From positions 121,768,001-121,832,000 of the forward strand of contig OX597814.1 of assembly GCA_951406725.2 (NCBI GenBank): a stretch of 64,000 nt of DNA, read 5' to 3'. The DNA is from Octopus vulgaris. Lineage: Eukaryota. The notes beneath the pieces were generated by a model. That model did no database searches. It was not told where the DNA came from and saw nothing but the letters and a program-made list of their open reading frames with translations. Both the position numbers and the translations under genes were made by a program. The first letter of the stretch is position 1, and each line of letters starts with the position of its first letter. Below, in pieces: positions 1 to 12,689 of the stretch.

Positions 1-155
1 TTAACAACCGATGTTAGTGTGTTTGCGTCCCCGTAACTTAGCGGTTCGACAAAAGCGATCGATTGCATAAGTACCAGGCTTAAATAAATAAGTCCTGGGA
101 TCGATTTCTTAGACCAGCATGGCCGCAGTTAACCGACTAAAACATAAAGAAAAAA
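1..155 (+). mobile_element. 3' part of tRNA-derived SINE family A
   Basis: acaaccgatg...cgtccccgtaacttagcggttcg...ccagcatggccgcagt matches the 3' half of the full copies at 53159 and 37590. Confidence 0.85.
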
Positions 156-202
156 AGTATTTATTGCTAGAAATGTTTCATAATATTAGTAAAAAGACTT
201 AC

Positions 203-400
203 CTGTTTGATGGCTTTCACAATTTTGTCCCCCAGCACCCACGACACCAAAGGGTAGGGTGTGCAGTGGACACTATTGGTATTATTCCACAGCCTACCCC
301 TTCCACTAGCGCCTGAAAATACGTTCGAATCGTCGCGGTACATTATCTCCAAAGCGCTTAAAAGAGTACTAATGCTGTCGAATATCGCTACTTCATCATA
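203..400 (-). CDS. GluA: AMPA-type glutamate receptor, ATD exon (5th of 5 in window), 198 nt, phase 0/0
   Basis: tcttcag|TAT...AAACAG|gtaagt. Translates YDEVAIFDSISTLLSALEIMYRDDSNVFSGASGRGRLWNNTNSVHCTPYPLVSWVLGDKIVKAIKQ, which aligns by eye to GluA2 YTSALTYDAV...[23 protein letters not shown], including the second ATD disulfide Cys. Confidence 0.93.
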
Positions 401-455
401 CTGAAGAAAAACAACAAAGCAAAATGTTATTACATCAATGTACATATACATAGGC

Positions 456-690
456 ATCACACACACGTACGCACACACACACTCATACACTCACAAACAC
501 ACAACACACATACACTGACACACACGCACACACACTCACGAAGACACGCACATACGTTCACACACACTCACAAATACACGCACACAAATACACGCGCACA
601 CACTCACAAAAACATACCTACACACACATACACTCACACTCACATACACAAACACGCACACTCACACACAATTAACTCACACACACATCA
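456..690. repeat. degenerate (CA)n microsatellite
   Basis: CA-rich run seen directly. Confidence 0.9.
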
Positions 691-1573
691 AGAAAGAATT
701 CTTAAACTAAAATCCATTATATTTAGAAATCTTTACAAAGTAGTAAACGCTACTACGCGTTTTTGAAAAGCTGTACACAGCGAAAGCGCTTACGCACAAT
801 TAGAAAATGTCCATGCAATAGGTTCGCCTCACTTCTTAAACATTTCTTTGATATAATTACCAATTCTTAATTTACGAAAGTTTTTGTTTTACGAATGCTG
901 AAATTGTATCAAGCATTCTTTGGAATATCTTTTTTAATATGTGTACATGTACGTGTGTATTATATACACACATATATGTACATTCATACACATACGCATA
1001 AAAATGTTGGTTAGGACAGAACGCATTGGATAACAGATGAATGTACATTAATTACAACAGAAAAGAACTCTATGATTGGATTATATCATGGTTAAATATG
1101 ACTTATTTATATATTTATTTTGCAGTATTTTCCCAGGGATGTTTCACAGATATATATAACATTAGTATAAACTGATGTGGTCGTTTGAGGCTTGGAATAT
1201 ACGTTTTCCCTCTCTCTCCCTCAATCCTTTCCTCACCCCTCTCACATCCACACCACAACATTCACCATCTCTATATTATATAGATTCTAACCCAGCTGTC
1301 CCAGTTTTTCGGTAACTGACACAGCTAAAGGATTCCATGACGGCTGGTTTATTGCCCTATCGCCACGACTGATCATCCTGGACAATTCACTGGATTATCA
1401 TTATATTGCTTCACTTTTTAGGTCTTGGATATTTTCCCATCTTTTGATAATACTTAGACAATGTTTTAAAACGACTTATATGTAACAAGCAAAACAGCTG
1501 GTTGTAAAATCTGAAGAAGAGATCAGAGTAGTAACTATACTTGTTAAGTAGAGTCAATCGCCACATCAGAGTA

Positions 1574-2042
1574 ACTGTTCCATGGTACTACTAGTTAACC
1601 TCAAGCAGATCTTACGCCAGCTGGTTATCGGTGCGAGGCTGCACCCTTTATATACAATATATATTGCTAACAGTGGGGAACGAACACCTACCATCCTCTA
1701 GCAGACAACAGGATCGCGCGACTGACTGAGTTTCGAGCAGGTTTGCTCATTCCCAACTAGCTATTTTCCTTATTGCAAATCAGTGACCGATGGTCCCCTT
1801 GTTTACAATATATTGCTAGCTGGAGCAGACCTTGACTCTGGCGACTGAAGTGTTCGCGACTGAAGATGAGCCAACCAGGTCGAAACTGAGTCTGTCTCGC
1901 GATCCAGTTGTCTGCTAGAGGATGCTAGGGGTTCACTCCTCCTGCTACCAATATATATTGTATATAAAGGGTACAGCGCCGCACCTATAACCAGCTGGCG
2001 GAATATCTGCCTAGGGTTAAACTAGTAGTAACACGGAACAGT
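1574..2042. mobile_element. fold-back/hairpin element (about 175-bp imperfect inverted arms) with hammerhead-like motif
   Basis: 1574-1750 is the imperfect reverse complement of 1866-2042. Homologous to the element at 11524-11953. Confidence 0.8.
1854..1902 (+). ncRNA. putative type I hammerhead ribozyme
   Basis: tcgcga-CTGAAGA-t-gagcc aacca ggtc-GAAAC tgagtct GTC-tcgcga: 6-bp stem I, CUGAnGA and GAAA core, GUC site, imperfect stem II. Confidence 0.5.
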
Positions 2043-2284
2043 CAATTTAACTTATATATATAAATACAGATATTTAAAACAACGTAGCAAAGACTGAATT
2101 CTAAATGTACAAAAATAGAATTGTTAAAATATTACCAGACCAATCAATCAAGTACTGAAATGGATTCAATCAACTACAATAGGAATTTGTGGTCTCTATG
2201 GATTCTGTGGTCTCTATGGATTCTGTGGTCTCTTATATAGTCAACATTTCACAATCTCTGAATTGATATTTGCATTAAGAAATA

Positions 2285-2522
2285 CCTATTTCTTTACTAC
2301 CCACAAGGTGCTAAACACAGAGACGACAAACAAGCGCAGACAAACGGATTATGTCGATTATATCGACCCCAGTGCGTAATTGGTACTTATTCAATCGTCC
2401 CCGAAAGGATGAAAGACAAAGTCGACCTCGGAGGAATTTGAACTCAGAACGTAACGGCAGACGAAATACAGCTACGCATTTCACACGGCGTGCTAACGTT
2501 TCTGCCAGCTCGCCATTTTTCA
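2285..2522 (-). mobile_element. SINE family B (MetaSINE-like core)
   Basis: Reverse complement of ggcgagctggcagaaacgttagc...gtcgactttgtctttcatcctttcgggg. TSD ttgcattaagaaata at 2270-2284 and 2523-2537. Confidence 0.85.
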
Positions 2523-2799
2523 TTGCATTAAGAAATATGGGCTTGTGGTTAAGTCTTCGAGACACATCCCTAAGTTAGTGAGGGAAAATCTGCTACCTGA
2601 ACAACTGCTTGTCGTCTATTCAATATTATCTTAGTCTATACCCTGATAGAACATTCCAGTGTTGTCTCACCATGTACAACCAAAATACCCTGAATCAAGA
2701 CCGCTACTCTTTGCCCCACCCATCCATCCAGCTGCAAGCTAACTCCTGCATGACAGAGGTGATCCCAAAAGATCGTCATTCTGAAAATAAGAAACCAGA

Positions 2800-3000
2800 A
2801 TTATGAAGATGAATGATTGGGAAAAAGAATATAGAATGAGGCCTGGATGTGAACAATATAGGGAAGAGAGAGGAAGAGACGAGTGAAGTAGAAGGGTTTG
2901 AGTGGATGTGGTATGAGACCAGCCAGCCTCGAAGAGCAAAGCATCGGTAGCAGTAAGAAAGGCAATGTGGAGAAACTAGTCTTCCGAGGTACCAAAACAT
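2800..3000 (-). mobile_element. degenerate CR1/Jockey-like LINE ORF2 3' fragment
   Basis: Frameshifted LCSSRLAGLIPHPLKPFYFTRLFLSLPYIVHI resembles LINE ORF2 C-termini. Confidence 0.45.
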
Positions 3001-3375
3001 TCAATTTCCTACTGCACTAAAGTTTACATAGTTTTATTTTACTGTGGAATTATACAACTGACAGCTAACATTACTTACACTTGAAGGGCAAAAGCGAAAC
3101 AGGTTCTGGTTTATCATATATCTGAAATATACTGTGGTATATACATCATAATAATGTCTATAGCGGTATTGAAACAATGGTTTACTGCACAAGGAAGACA
3201 CTTAGTGGGGTTTAGCACGCTTTAGAACAAACACACGACTTTCCACACACGTGAGACATAAAGTGGTTTACTGCGCTATTGAAACATCCAATCGCTTACC
3301 ACACTACTAAATATCACAAAATGTTTTATCGTGCATCATAATTTGATTTTTAAAAGAAATAAACATTTTACTTAC

Positions 3376-3534
3376 TGACAGTTTTTGTCCTGCGCCAGAC
3401 CAAAGGTCTGTACTTAACTGATTCCAATTGTGTTGTAACTGTTTTAATGATGGACTATTTCGATTTACAATTTGGAATCCAGTAATGGTCACTCCTCCGT
3501 AGGTGAAGTTTCTCAAATCAAGTTCTGCAATGCT
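3376..3534 (-). CDS. GluA: AMPA-type glutamate receptor, ATD exon (4th), 159 nt, phase 0/0
   Basis: aaacag|AGC...CTGTCA|gtaagt. SIAELDLRNFTYGGVTITGFQIVNRNSPSLKQLQHNWNQLSTDLWSGAGQKLS matches GluA [24 protein letters not shown]...W..L....PGA. Confidence 0.93.
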
Positions 3535-4509
3535 CTGTTTAAATAGAATGAAAGGTTTAGTTTAGCTTTGTAATCTTTACAATTAAAGTTGTTTTTTGTA
3601 ATTCAGATGTTTCGAGAATTGATGATCAAAGTCAATAAATCACTGATCAAATTTTCAGTTCACATATTCTGTTTCTGATATTGAATCTGACATTTTGATA
3701 CTACGGTCAACTTCATCAACTGTACAGTTACCCAAATAAACATGATATCTATCTTGTTGAAAGTAAACAGAAATTTTTTGATCTATGATCTGTGATTGGT
3801 TTCATGATGGATACGTTTTCACTAATTATGGGTAAAGTTTGATTATTTCAGTTCTTTTAAATCCAAGTTAATTAATATTTTCCACTTTTGGCCTTGGGGA
3901 AAGGCAGGAAATGAATACTCTCCATATATCATTACTAATGCTTTTGGGTTCGTGGGCCTTGTCAAAACGGTATGATGTTTCATTTGAACTTATCAAGGCA
4001 ATATTGAGTTCTACCTTCATAATTCACTCTGCTTTCAAAATAAATCATATATTAGGGCAAGTCTAACGTTTTGTGAGCAAGCATTTCAATGATTTCACTG
4101 TATTTTATTCAGTTGTATATGATATTCATCAAGTTAATGCTATCCTTGGTTGTGATTTAAATCGGAACTAGGCATAACAATATCAATCACATTTTATTAT
4201 ACATATGCCCAAAATACATACATATTTTTATTCCTTTTCCTGGTTCCAGCCAGAGGCTGAGACCATGTTAGAGAATCGCCAAGTCTAATAGGTCGTGTAC
4301 ATTGCTAAGGGCAATATTAGACGTGAAACGAAGAATAACATTCTGACCGCCGACCATAACCAACGACCACATAATATATATATATAGGCGTACATGCTAA
4401 TACAACTAGATAACTGTTAGAGATATGTTGTACGTCATTAACGCTTGAAGTTGCAAGGGTGGTAAAATATCATTTGTACTATTTCAGAGTGTTTGAGTGT
4501 CAATCTTAG

Positions 4510-4720
4510 TGTTTTCCGTGTGCCCAAAGTATGTACCGAGAGTGATAAAAATCAAGCATCCAGTCCACATCATGGCATTTGGAGTGATCACTAGAGATAG
4601 TGATGTTATGCCGCCTTTCTTCTTCCCATACGAACTTAGGCTCAAAATGGTGGCCTACATCAAGGGCTTCGAGGAAGCAGTGTTTGCCTGGATCAAGAGG
4701 GTCGCTGCTGGAAGACTCTA
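4510..4720 (+). mobile_element. Tc1/mariner-superfamily (maT/DD37D-like) transposase fragment
   Basis: PKYVPRVIKIKHPVHIMAFGVITRDSDVMPPFFFP...LRL...AYIK...WIKRVAAGR resembles the catalytic-domain segment upstream of the second Asp. Confidence 0.7.
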
Positions 4721-4961
4721 ATTTATTCTAAAGCGTAAAGTTATTCAATAAAATCACGATTTGCTTGAACCATGGCCTCCAGACGACTTCGGAATCTCTT
4801 GTAGTTATTTGCTTTTTGTTTTTCTTTTCCTTTTTGTTCACCTAACTTCGAGTTGTTCGTACAATGCTAGACAGACATGGTGCCTCGAATTAAGTATCTA
4901 ATTAAACTGAATCTTAATTACTTTATATATATATTTATATATATATGTATATATATGTATA

Positions 4962-5038
<77 letters not shown>

Positions 5039-5039
5039 G

Positions 5040-5074
<35 letters not shown>

Positions 5075-6015
5075 TTAAAATATTTTTAGAAAGGTTCTTT
5101 TTCTACATGAAAAATTTCCCCTTGAACTTTAGATAATAGTTTAAATATGAAGTATCCCGATACAGTAATAGACGGTTTTTATTAACTGAAGAGATAAAGC
5201 TTCGATTTTCATTTCCCGGGAGTTTTGGGGACATTAGATTAGTTTTGAGATTGTCTAATTCATTTTAAAATCTTGATAGAAAATTGTGTTAAATTGGATT
5301 AGGGAAACTGTGTGGACATCAGAAAAAAGATTTTAATTTAGATTTCATTTCTAGTAAGTACAAATTTGAAATATTTTTAAAGGAATAAATAATTTAACGA
5401 GAAAAAGGCAATTTTTAATATAATAGAGAAACTTTTGAATGTAACAAAAAATGTTAAATAAATTCCATAAGTGTAAAATCAATGTTGAATGCCGGCTGCA
5501 GCTGGTCGAATTAGTAGTACGATACACTATTGGCTAAACATAGACTATCCACCACTGCATACCACCACTGTTGGTATCTTCTCAAAAACTGATCACCGAA
5601 TTTTCTTTTCAGCGAGACGTAATTATATGCCAAGGGCAATGATACGCCACCTAGACCATTCAAAAGTGCCAAATATTGTGGCAACACTCATACAAGTGTA
5701 GCTAACACTATGTTCTCTACTTAAAATACATTAATTCTGTGTTCTATGGTATGTGTATTGTATTCCATGTAAAGTTTATAATGTGGTATGAATAGCTGAA
5801 GCAAGATCTGAAATGAGTAATAATTTTCATTAACACCTTCACGTGTTAATATACAACGGACAAAAAAATTGCATGGTGGTCGTAAATAAAGTCACAAATA
5901 TCGTAAAGTCACAAGAAAGAAGCCACGGTCTGTCTGTAGCACTTAGCGTTACTTGCCACTTTCTGGGCCTTCTAGATACCAATACTTCTCTCATATATAA
6001 ATATATATATATATA

Positions 6016-6325
6016 GCGTTGAGCTTACGACCGTGACGTTGTGAGTTCGAATCGCGGACCACGCTGCGTATTGTTTTCTTGAGCAAGACGTTTTATTTCA
6101 CGTTACTCCACCTCACGCACATGTAGAAATGAGTTGCGACGTCACAGGTGCCAAGCTGAATCGGCCTTTGCCTTTCCCTTGAATAACACCGGTGGTGTGG
6201 AGAGGGTGACCGGTATGCATGGGCGACTGCTGGTCTTCCATAAACAACCTTGCCCGGACTAGTGCATGGAAGGGTAACTTTGTAGGTGCATTCCCACGGT
6301 CAGTCATGATCGAAGGGGGTCTCAG
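6016..6325 (+). mobile_element. tRNA-derived SINE family D
   Basis: B-box-like gagttcgaatc followed by ttgagcaagac...tttcacgtt...gtagaaatgagt core; flanked by microsatellites. Confidence 0.65.
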
Positions 6326-6336
6326 TAGTATATATG

Positions 6337-6405
<69 letters not shown>

Positions 6406-6493
6406 TAGGGTAAAATCGTTAATTTAATTATCGATCTTCTCAAGTGGCCAGCATGGGAATAAAAACCTTCAAAGATAATGATTATTATTAAAG

Positions 6494-6782
6494 TTATAAT
6501 TTAGGGTAACTAAGAGATACCACCACGCTGGAAATAGCAGCCAAAACTTGACTCTAAAACCGCATTAACTGTTCATACAACACTAGGAGAGAAGACAAAA
6601 CGACAAGATGAACAAGCAAAAAATTACTGGATAGTTCCATGTAATTCGGTAACTTTTTGCTCGTTCTTCTTGCCCTTTTGTCTTCTCTCCTAGTACTGTA
6701 TGAACATTTAATGTGGTTTTAGAGTCAAGTTTTGGCTGCTATTTCCAGCGTGGAAGTATCTCTTAGATACCCTAAATTATAA
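6494..6782. mobile_element. hairpin MITE (about 135-bp inverted arms)
   Basis: ttataatttagggta...cacgctggaaatagcagccaaaacttgactctaaaac pairs with gttttagagtcaagttttggctgctatttccagcgtg...ccctaaattataa. Half copy at 46375-46520. Confidence 0.85.
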
Positions 6783-7318
6783 TTTGATATATATCTATAT
6801 ATATGTGTGTGTGTGTGTGTATATCTGGGTGTAACAATGGGCATATGTAGGTATATGTGTCTGATTACACGCGTGCATTCCAAAATAAGGAACTTTACGA
6901 CCGTTACCACGGCTTTTACATTTCTGATCCGTGAACGGTAACAAATATTAGAGCCAGTATGACCAGGATAGAAAGATTCAACCGCAAAAATTGCGAAATT
7001 CTTTCATTATACAATTAGGTCTTAATTTGATTCGGTAGGGGGACGGGCATATTCTTGTGTTTATTAAATGATCGGCTTCACATTGTACTTCAAGCATCAT
7101 TACTGACAAAAATGTATTCAAATCTATGCAATGGAAATGTTAATGATTCATAAACGTATAAATCTATAATGTATATATGAAATATATCGAATATAAACAA
7201 ATTCGATTATTTGATGATAAAATTATGCTCATTCTTCATATTTTAACTTTTTGTTGTTTACACCCGTCTATCTGTCTATCTATCTATCAATCTACCTATT
7301 TATCTCTCTCTTTCTCTT

Positions 7319-7369
<51 letters not shown>

Positions 7370-7423
7370 GTCATACGTATGTATGCATATATGTATGAGT
7401 ATATTTGTGTGTGTATGTGTGTT

Positions 7424-7472
<49 letters not shown>

Positions 7473-7927
7473 ATACATACATACATAGATACACACACAT
7501 ACACACAGATATACTCATACATATATGCATACATACGTATGACGAAGCTCATATAGACGCATGAACACCTACATATTTGTCATATTTTCACATACATTTT
7601 TCTTCAGAAATATTTTTGTGTGGCTTCTATACTTATCATATATCTAGGTGTTTTTCTTATCTATATAGCCCAATCATATTCGTCAGTTAATTCCATTTAT
7701 TTCTATTCATCGTTCATCCAGTTGCATCGAAATAAGTAAGATAAATTTTTTTCCATGTTTTATAGTATACATTAGAACAGGTTTTAATTATTCATTGAAC
7801 GCGCATCCTTGTAAATGAATATATGTGTATGGATGCTTGCGTGTGGAAGAGTGTGTATGTGTGCGCGGGAAGGAGTGAGTGTGTGCTTACATATGTGTAA
7901 ATAGATAAGATTCAAAACGTGACTGTG

Positions 7928-8163
7928 AAGGAGGAGGAGGAGGAGGAGGAGGAGGGGAAGGGAAGAAGAAGAAGAAGAAGAAGAAGAAGAAGAAAAAGAA
8001 GGAGGAGGAGGAGAAGAAGAAGAAGAAGAAGAAGAAGAAGAAGAAGAAGAAGAAGAAGAAGAAGAAGAAGAAGAAGAAGAAGAAGAAGAAGAAGAAGAAG
8101 AAGAAGAAGAAGAAGAAGAAGAAGAAGAAGAAGAAGAAGAAGAAGAAGAAGAAGAAGAAGAAG
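7928..8163. repeat. (GGA)n/(GAA)n trinucleotide tract
   Basis: Seen directly; source of the poly-R/poly-L ORFs. Confidence 0.95.
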
Positions 8164-8359
8164 ATTACATATTTTCAATATTTTTTTATGTTTCCAGGAA
8201 TTTTCAACAAACTTTTTTTTTTGTAAATTCATCGCTTTCATCATTTTTTAATGTATATTTTAGTTAATATTGATGTGAAAAGTGGAAGATGCACATTTTA
8301 AGATGAAATACTCAATATCCTTGAGTGGGAATATCTATTTAATCGCTGATGGCACAACA

Positions 8360-8535
8360 CTCGTTAACAATCTTCTGTTTGTTTTCGTGATACCGTGGAG
8401 GACAGGTTCGAAATTTCTCCAAGACATCTGATGAAGGCTGGGGGGTATATCAGCCGAAACGTTGTATTAACAACAAACAAGACGAGGACAAATATCCGTC
8501 GAATGTAAATAACGTAAATGATGTAAATAAGAATC
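8360..8535 (+). mobile_element. Penelope-type pLTR remnant with degenerate minimal hammerhead
   Basis: CTGATGA-aggctg gggggtatat cagcc-GAAACGTT at 8428-8463. Confidence 0.55.
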
Positions 8536-9014
8536 TTCAGAAGATTATCATTTATGTATATGGTGAGTTCTTCCATATCATAGGAAGTTTCCCTCATTAT
8601 TTCAGTGGACATACTGTTACGATCTCCTCTTTATAGTTAGTGGGAGACCTAAATGTTTGTATAGGTTCATCTCTCATCGAAATAATTTTATCTCCTATTT
8701 CAATCAACGCCACATTGTATATAGCATCAGTGAAACCAATATCTCGGACAGGATTACTCAACTGAACTTGGAGTTTGAAATCTTCAGCTAGATCATTTCC
8801 GAGATTATTCCACAGTTCAACAGGATTACGTACTTCGCAAATTTTTGAGAATGATAGCAAAAAGACCTCTGAAACTCTTTGGTGATTTTATATTAAAGCT
8901 TCTTTCAGTGTTGCTTCCCTTGAAACAGAATAAGACTTCTTCTACAGATTTGCTGTCTATACTTTCATTTTGCCGGACAAAAAGAAAAGAGAATTTCAAT
9001 TTTATATATATAGA
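8536..9014 (-). mobile_element. internally deleted Helitron (5' end plus RepHel fragment)
   Basis: 5' TCTATATATATAAAATTGAAATTCTC at 9014. CEVRNPVELWNNLGNDLAEDF...IYNVALIEI and EIMRETSYDMEEL match the RepHel region preceding the PIF1 helicase. Confidence 0.75.
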
Positions 9015-9115
9015 TAGATAAATATAATATGCATATTATGCTATAGCAAAATTGCCTGTCAAAGATGTATCTCCATTTAGTATGATATATATATAATAAA
9101 GGTAAAATTAGATTA

Positions 9116-9940
9116 GGCCGGCTTATGGGATTACCCTGGCTTTCACGTCCATAAGGCGATTAGCTTTACAAGATTATCGTCAGACCTCAAACCTTTTGGC
9201 CTATGGCCTCTCTACAAAATGGATGAGGAAAAGACGTCGTTACTTTGTTAACGATGAGAGATTGTTTCCCTTTGGCTGCCAATCGTAAACGACCCTGTTA
9301 TCGTGTGGATCCCAGTAAGCCAGCAGGAATTTCCTGAAGTGCAAGCATGGTCCAAAGACATCCATTCTGGAGATATAGATTTTTCCCGGATACGGGGAAT
9401 CCATTAGTATCCTCACCCGTTCAGCTATGCACAGTCTACAACACATGGTTCTGTTTGTGTAGGCGCTTGGATTTTCTAGGTTTCCTCATTATATTACGTG
9501 TGGAATTCTATCGTCCTTCAGTTGCCATACATTCCTGGAAGGACGACAGAATTTCACACGTAATATCATGGAGAATCCTAGAAAAACTAGGTCCCTACAT
9601 ACATGGGACCAAGCGTTATAAATTGAGCATAGCTGAACAGGCGAGGATACTAACGGACTCCCTGTATCCGGGGAACATCCATATCTCCAGAACAGAGGTC
9701 TTCGGACCATGATTGCACTTCAGGAAATTCCTGCTGGCCTCCTGGGACCCACACGATAACAGGGTCATTTACGATTGTCAGCCAAAGGGAAACGACGTCT
9801 TTCCCCCATCCATTTTCTTGAGAGGTCACTTGCTAGAGCGACCATAGGCTAACAGGATTGAGATCTGCCAATACGCCGTAACGCTAAGCGCCTTATGGAC
9901 ATGAAAGCCAAGGTAATAGGGTAATCTCACAAACCGGACC
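9116..9940. repeat. 825-bp imperfect palindrome / fold-back element
   Basis: 9116-9520 is the reverse complement of 9535-9940 at roughly 80% identity (by eye); loop about 13 nt. Confidence 0.9.
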
Positions 9941-10942
9941 ATTATAATATACTGGTCTATTATTCAGAGTGTGCTTCTATTTCGGATTTATGTTTTACCG
10001 ACGGTATATATATATATATATATCGCTTTCAATACTGAAAAATACATATTGCTTAGCACCTAAATCTCTTCTCTGCAAACTAGCCTACCATGAAGTCTCA
10101 TCTTCCATTTTGCAACAAATGACAGTCCCTGAGAAACAAAAGTTCGATCGGTCGATTTTATGAGCCTCACCTATTTGTTTCTAACTGTTAACTGTAAAGT
10201 AATTTGCACTTTCGCCACTCAGGTATTTAGCTCGTAAATTAGTGAAATTTAATTGACAATCTCGGCAAACTTTACAAGAGTCCGCAAGAGTCATTTTCTT
10301 TCATTAAAAATCAAATCATTAACAATGAAGTAAAACAATAGATAAATGAATAAAACAAAACGAAAAAAAGAAAATAAATATAAAAATCCATTATGTTTTA
10401 AAACGAACAATAACTAATATTATTCATGCATTTTATAAAATCATTTACTAAAGGTTTCTTCAAGCTTGTAAATCTTTAAAATTCGATAAAGTAACCCTCA
10501 ACTTTTGACAGCTCACATCAGAGCAATTTACAGCAAGTGAAAATTATCGCTGATGCTCTCATGAAATGCTAAATTGTTTTTGCATTATTACACCAATTTA
10601 CTTTATTTAAATGAAGTTGTATTTCAGGCGAACGTTGAAGCTAACTTTTAGTAGTAGTAGAAGCAGTAATTTTTGCTGTTGATGTTGTTACTGCTGATGG
10701 TGTTGTTAATTCATTTTAATTTTAATTTTTTTCGTTTTATTTATTTCTTTCACTATGGCAGATTCGACAACCTGTCTAATGCAGCTTCTTTCGCCAGCCA
10801 AGTGGGTTGTGGATGTCAAAATATGATTCGAATAGACGGGATTTGAAGAAAGAGCGAAATTAAGACGAAAATGTAATGCTTGTTATAGAGCTAACTATAA
10901 TACACAACCGTGTAGAATGTATATGAAAGTCTTTCTACTCAC

Positions 10943-10996
10943 CAACCCACCGAGAATATAATGGTAATGGTCTTTGTTCATTCCGACATCCATAAT
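10943..10996 (-). CDS. GluA: AMPA-type glutamate receptor, short ATD exon (3rd), 54 nt, phase 0/0
   Basis: ttttgcag|ATT...GGGTTG|gtgagt. IMDVGMNKDHYHYILGGL matches GluA VITIGKHVKGYHYIIANL. Not in the ORF track. Confidence 0.9.
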
Positions 10997-11214
10997 CTGC
11001 AAAAGAAAATAAATAAATTACCAAATTTAAATAAAGCTGACGTCTGTCAATTCTATTTCTTTTTTTTTTTTTCTTTTTAACATTTCAGGAATTTCAATTA
11101 AGTATTTAAATAGTTTCCAATTCTGCTAATCTTTTAAAATTTAAAATCTTAACAACACTGAAATTGCAACTGTTTTAATAAGAAATGCTTTACAAATGCT
11201 ATGTTTACATGCAT

Positions 11215-11512
<298 letters not shown>

Positions 11513-11523
11513 CAAGTAACGTT

Positions 11524-11953
11524 GGTAGCCACTTTAATATGGCTGTCCATTCGAGCGGAATCTGCTGCAACTTTTTAACCCCAAGAGGACATCTCCTCTA
11601 GCTGATTAACAATGCTCAGCTGCATCTCTTAGAGAGATTTTAGAATTAACATTTTTGCTTGTTGCAGAATAGGCGACTCTGTGTTAGTTTGAAATATATA
11701 AATTGGGAGCAGACGCGAGCTGCTACCATCTCTAGAAGGTGGGGTGTCCAATACTTAGGAGTGGCAGAAATAGCCCGAAAACAGGACTGGCCTACTGGTC
11801 CCCTCGCTAGCAGATGGTAGGGGTACACTCCCCTGCTCCCAATTATATCGGGTGCAGTTGTGCATCGTTAACCAGCTAGAGGAGATGACCTCTTGGGGTT
11901 AAAAAATCGTAGTGGAGTCAGCTGGAACGGTCAGCCACTTTAAAGTGGCTACT
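11524..11953. mobile_element. fold-back element related to 1574-2042
   Basis: Outer arms 11524-11625 / 11851-11953, inner arms 11701-11739 / 11801-11844. Shares ctag..gatg.taggggt.cactcc..tgct.ccaat and taaccagct...gggttaaa with 1915-2021. Confidence 0.7.
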
Positions 11954-12059
11954 ACCATTGTTTGTCAGTACAACTACTGCGTTGATCTCTTAGAGAGATT
12001 TTGGAATAGAACTACCATTTTTCTTTGTGCGTGTGTGTGTGTGTGTTTACATACATACA

Positions 12060-12119
<60 letters not shown>

Positions 12120-12689
12120 CTAGCAGAGATACCCGGCGTTGCCCGTGTTACATACAATTGAGGAATCAGACTTTTCTGTTATATTTTCTCTAATGAACTG
12201 GAATATCTACGTTTCGAATTTTATCAAAATTGCATATGAGGGATATTTCCCTCTTTACACACCCCAAACAAATTGTAATCGTGCCACATATATCCCATAC
12301 TACTGATTTCTATGCGCATATTCCAAAATTCCAGTCTTACTGAACCTGTTAACAAGATTTTGCTCCTAAAAAATGAAGGTCATGGAGCTCTAAAATGTTA
12401 GAGCTAAGGCCCCTGTTGGGGGTGGGCATCTTAATGTCAACCAGAGAAGTTGAATTGTTGAGAATCTTGTTAACTTGTGTCTTATATATATTGTTTGAAT
12501 TTCTTTGAAATAGGAAATATATGTTCACTGGGTTTGTAAAAGAGAGCAAAGCTACAGGAAACCAAAAGACGAATGATCACGATAAGCAGTCAGTTACCCT
12601 ACCGTAATCGTTACCACTCCCAATATAGGATTTCTCACCATCCAGGTGACAGGCACAGTCGTAAGATGCATTACGAATCTATAGCAATT

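Noticed and set aside
2187-2233. 18-bp tandem repeat (about 2.6 copies), and faint 29-bp periodicity at 3165-3335
   Set aside because: Short local slippage repeats with no further signal.
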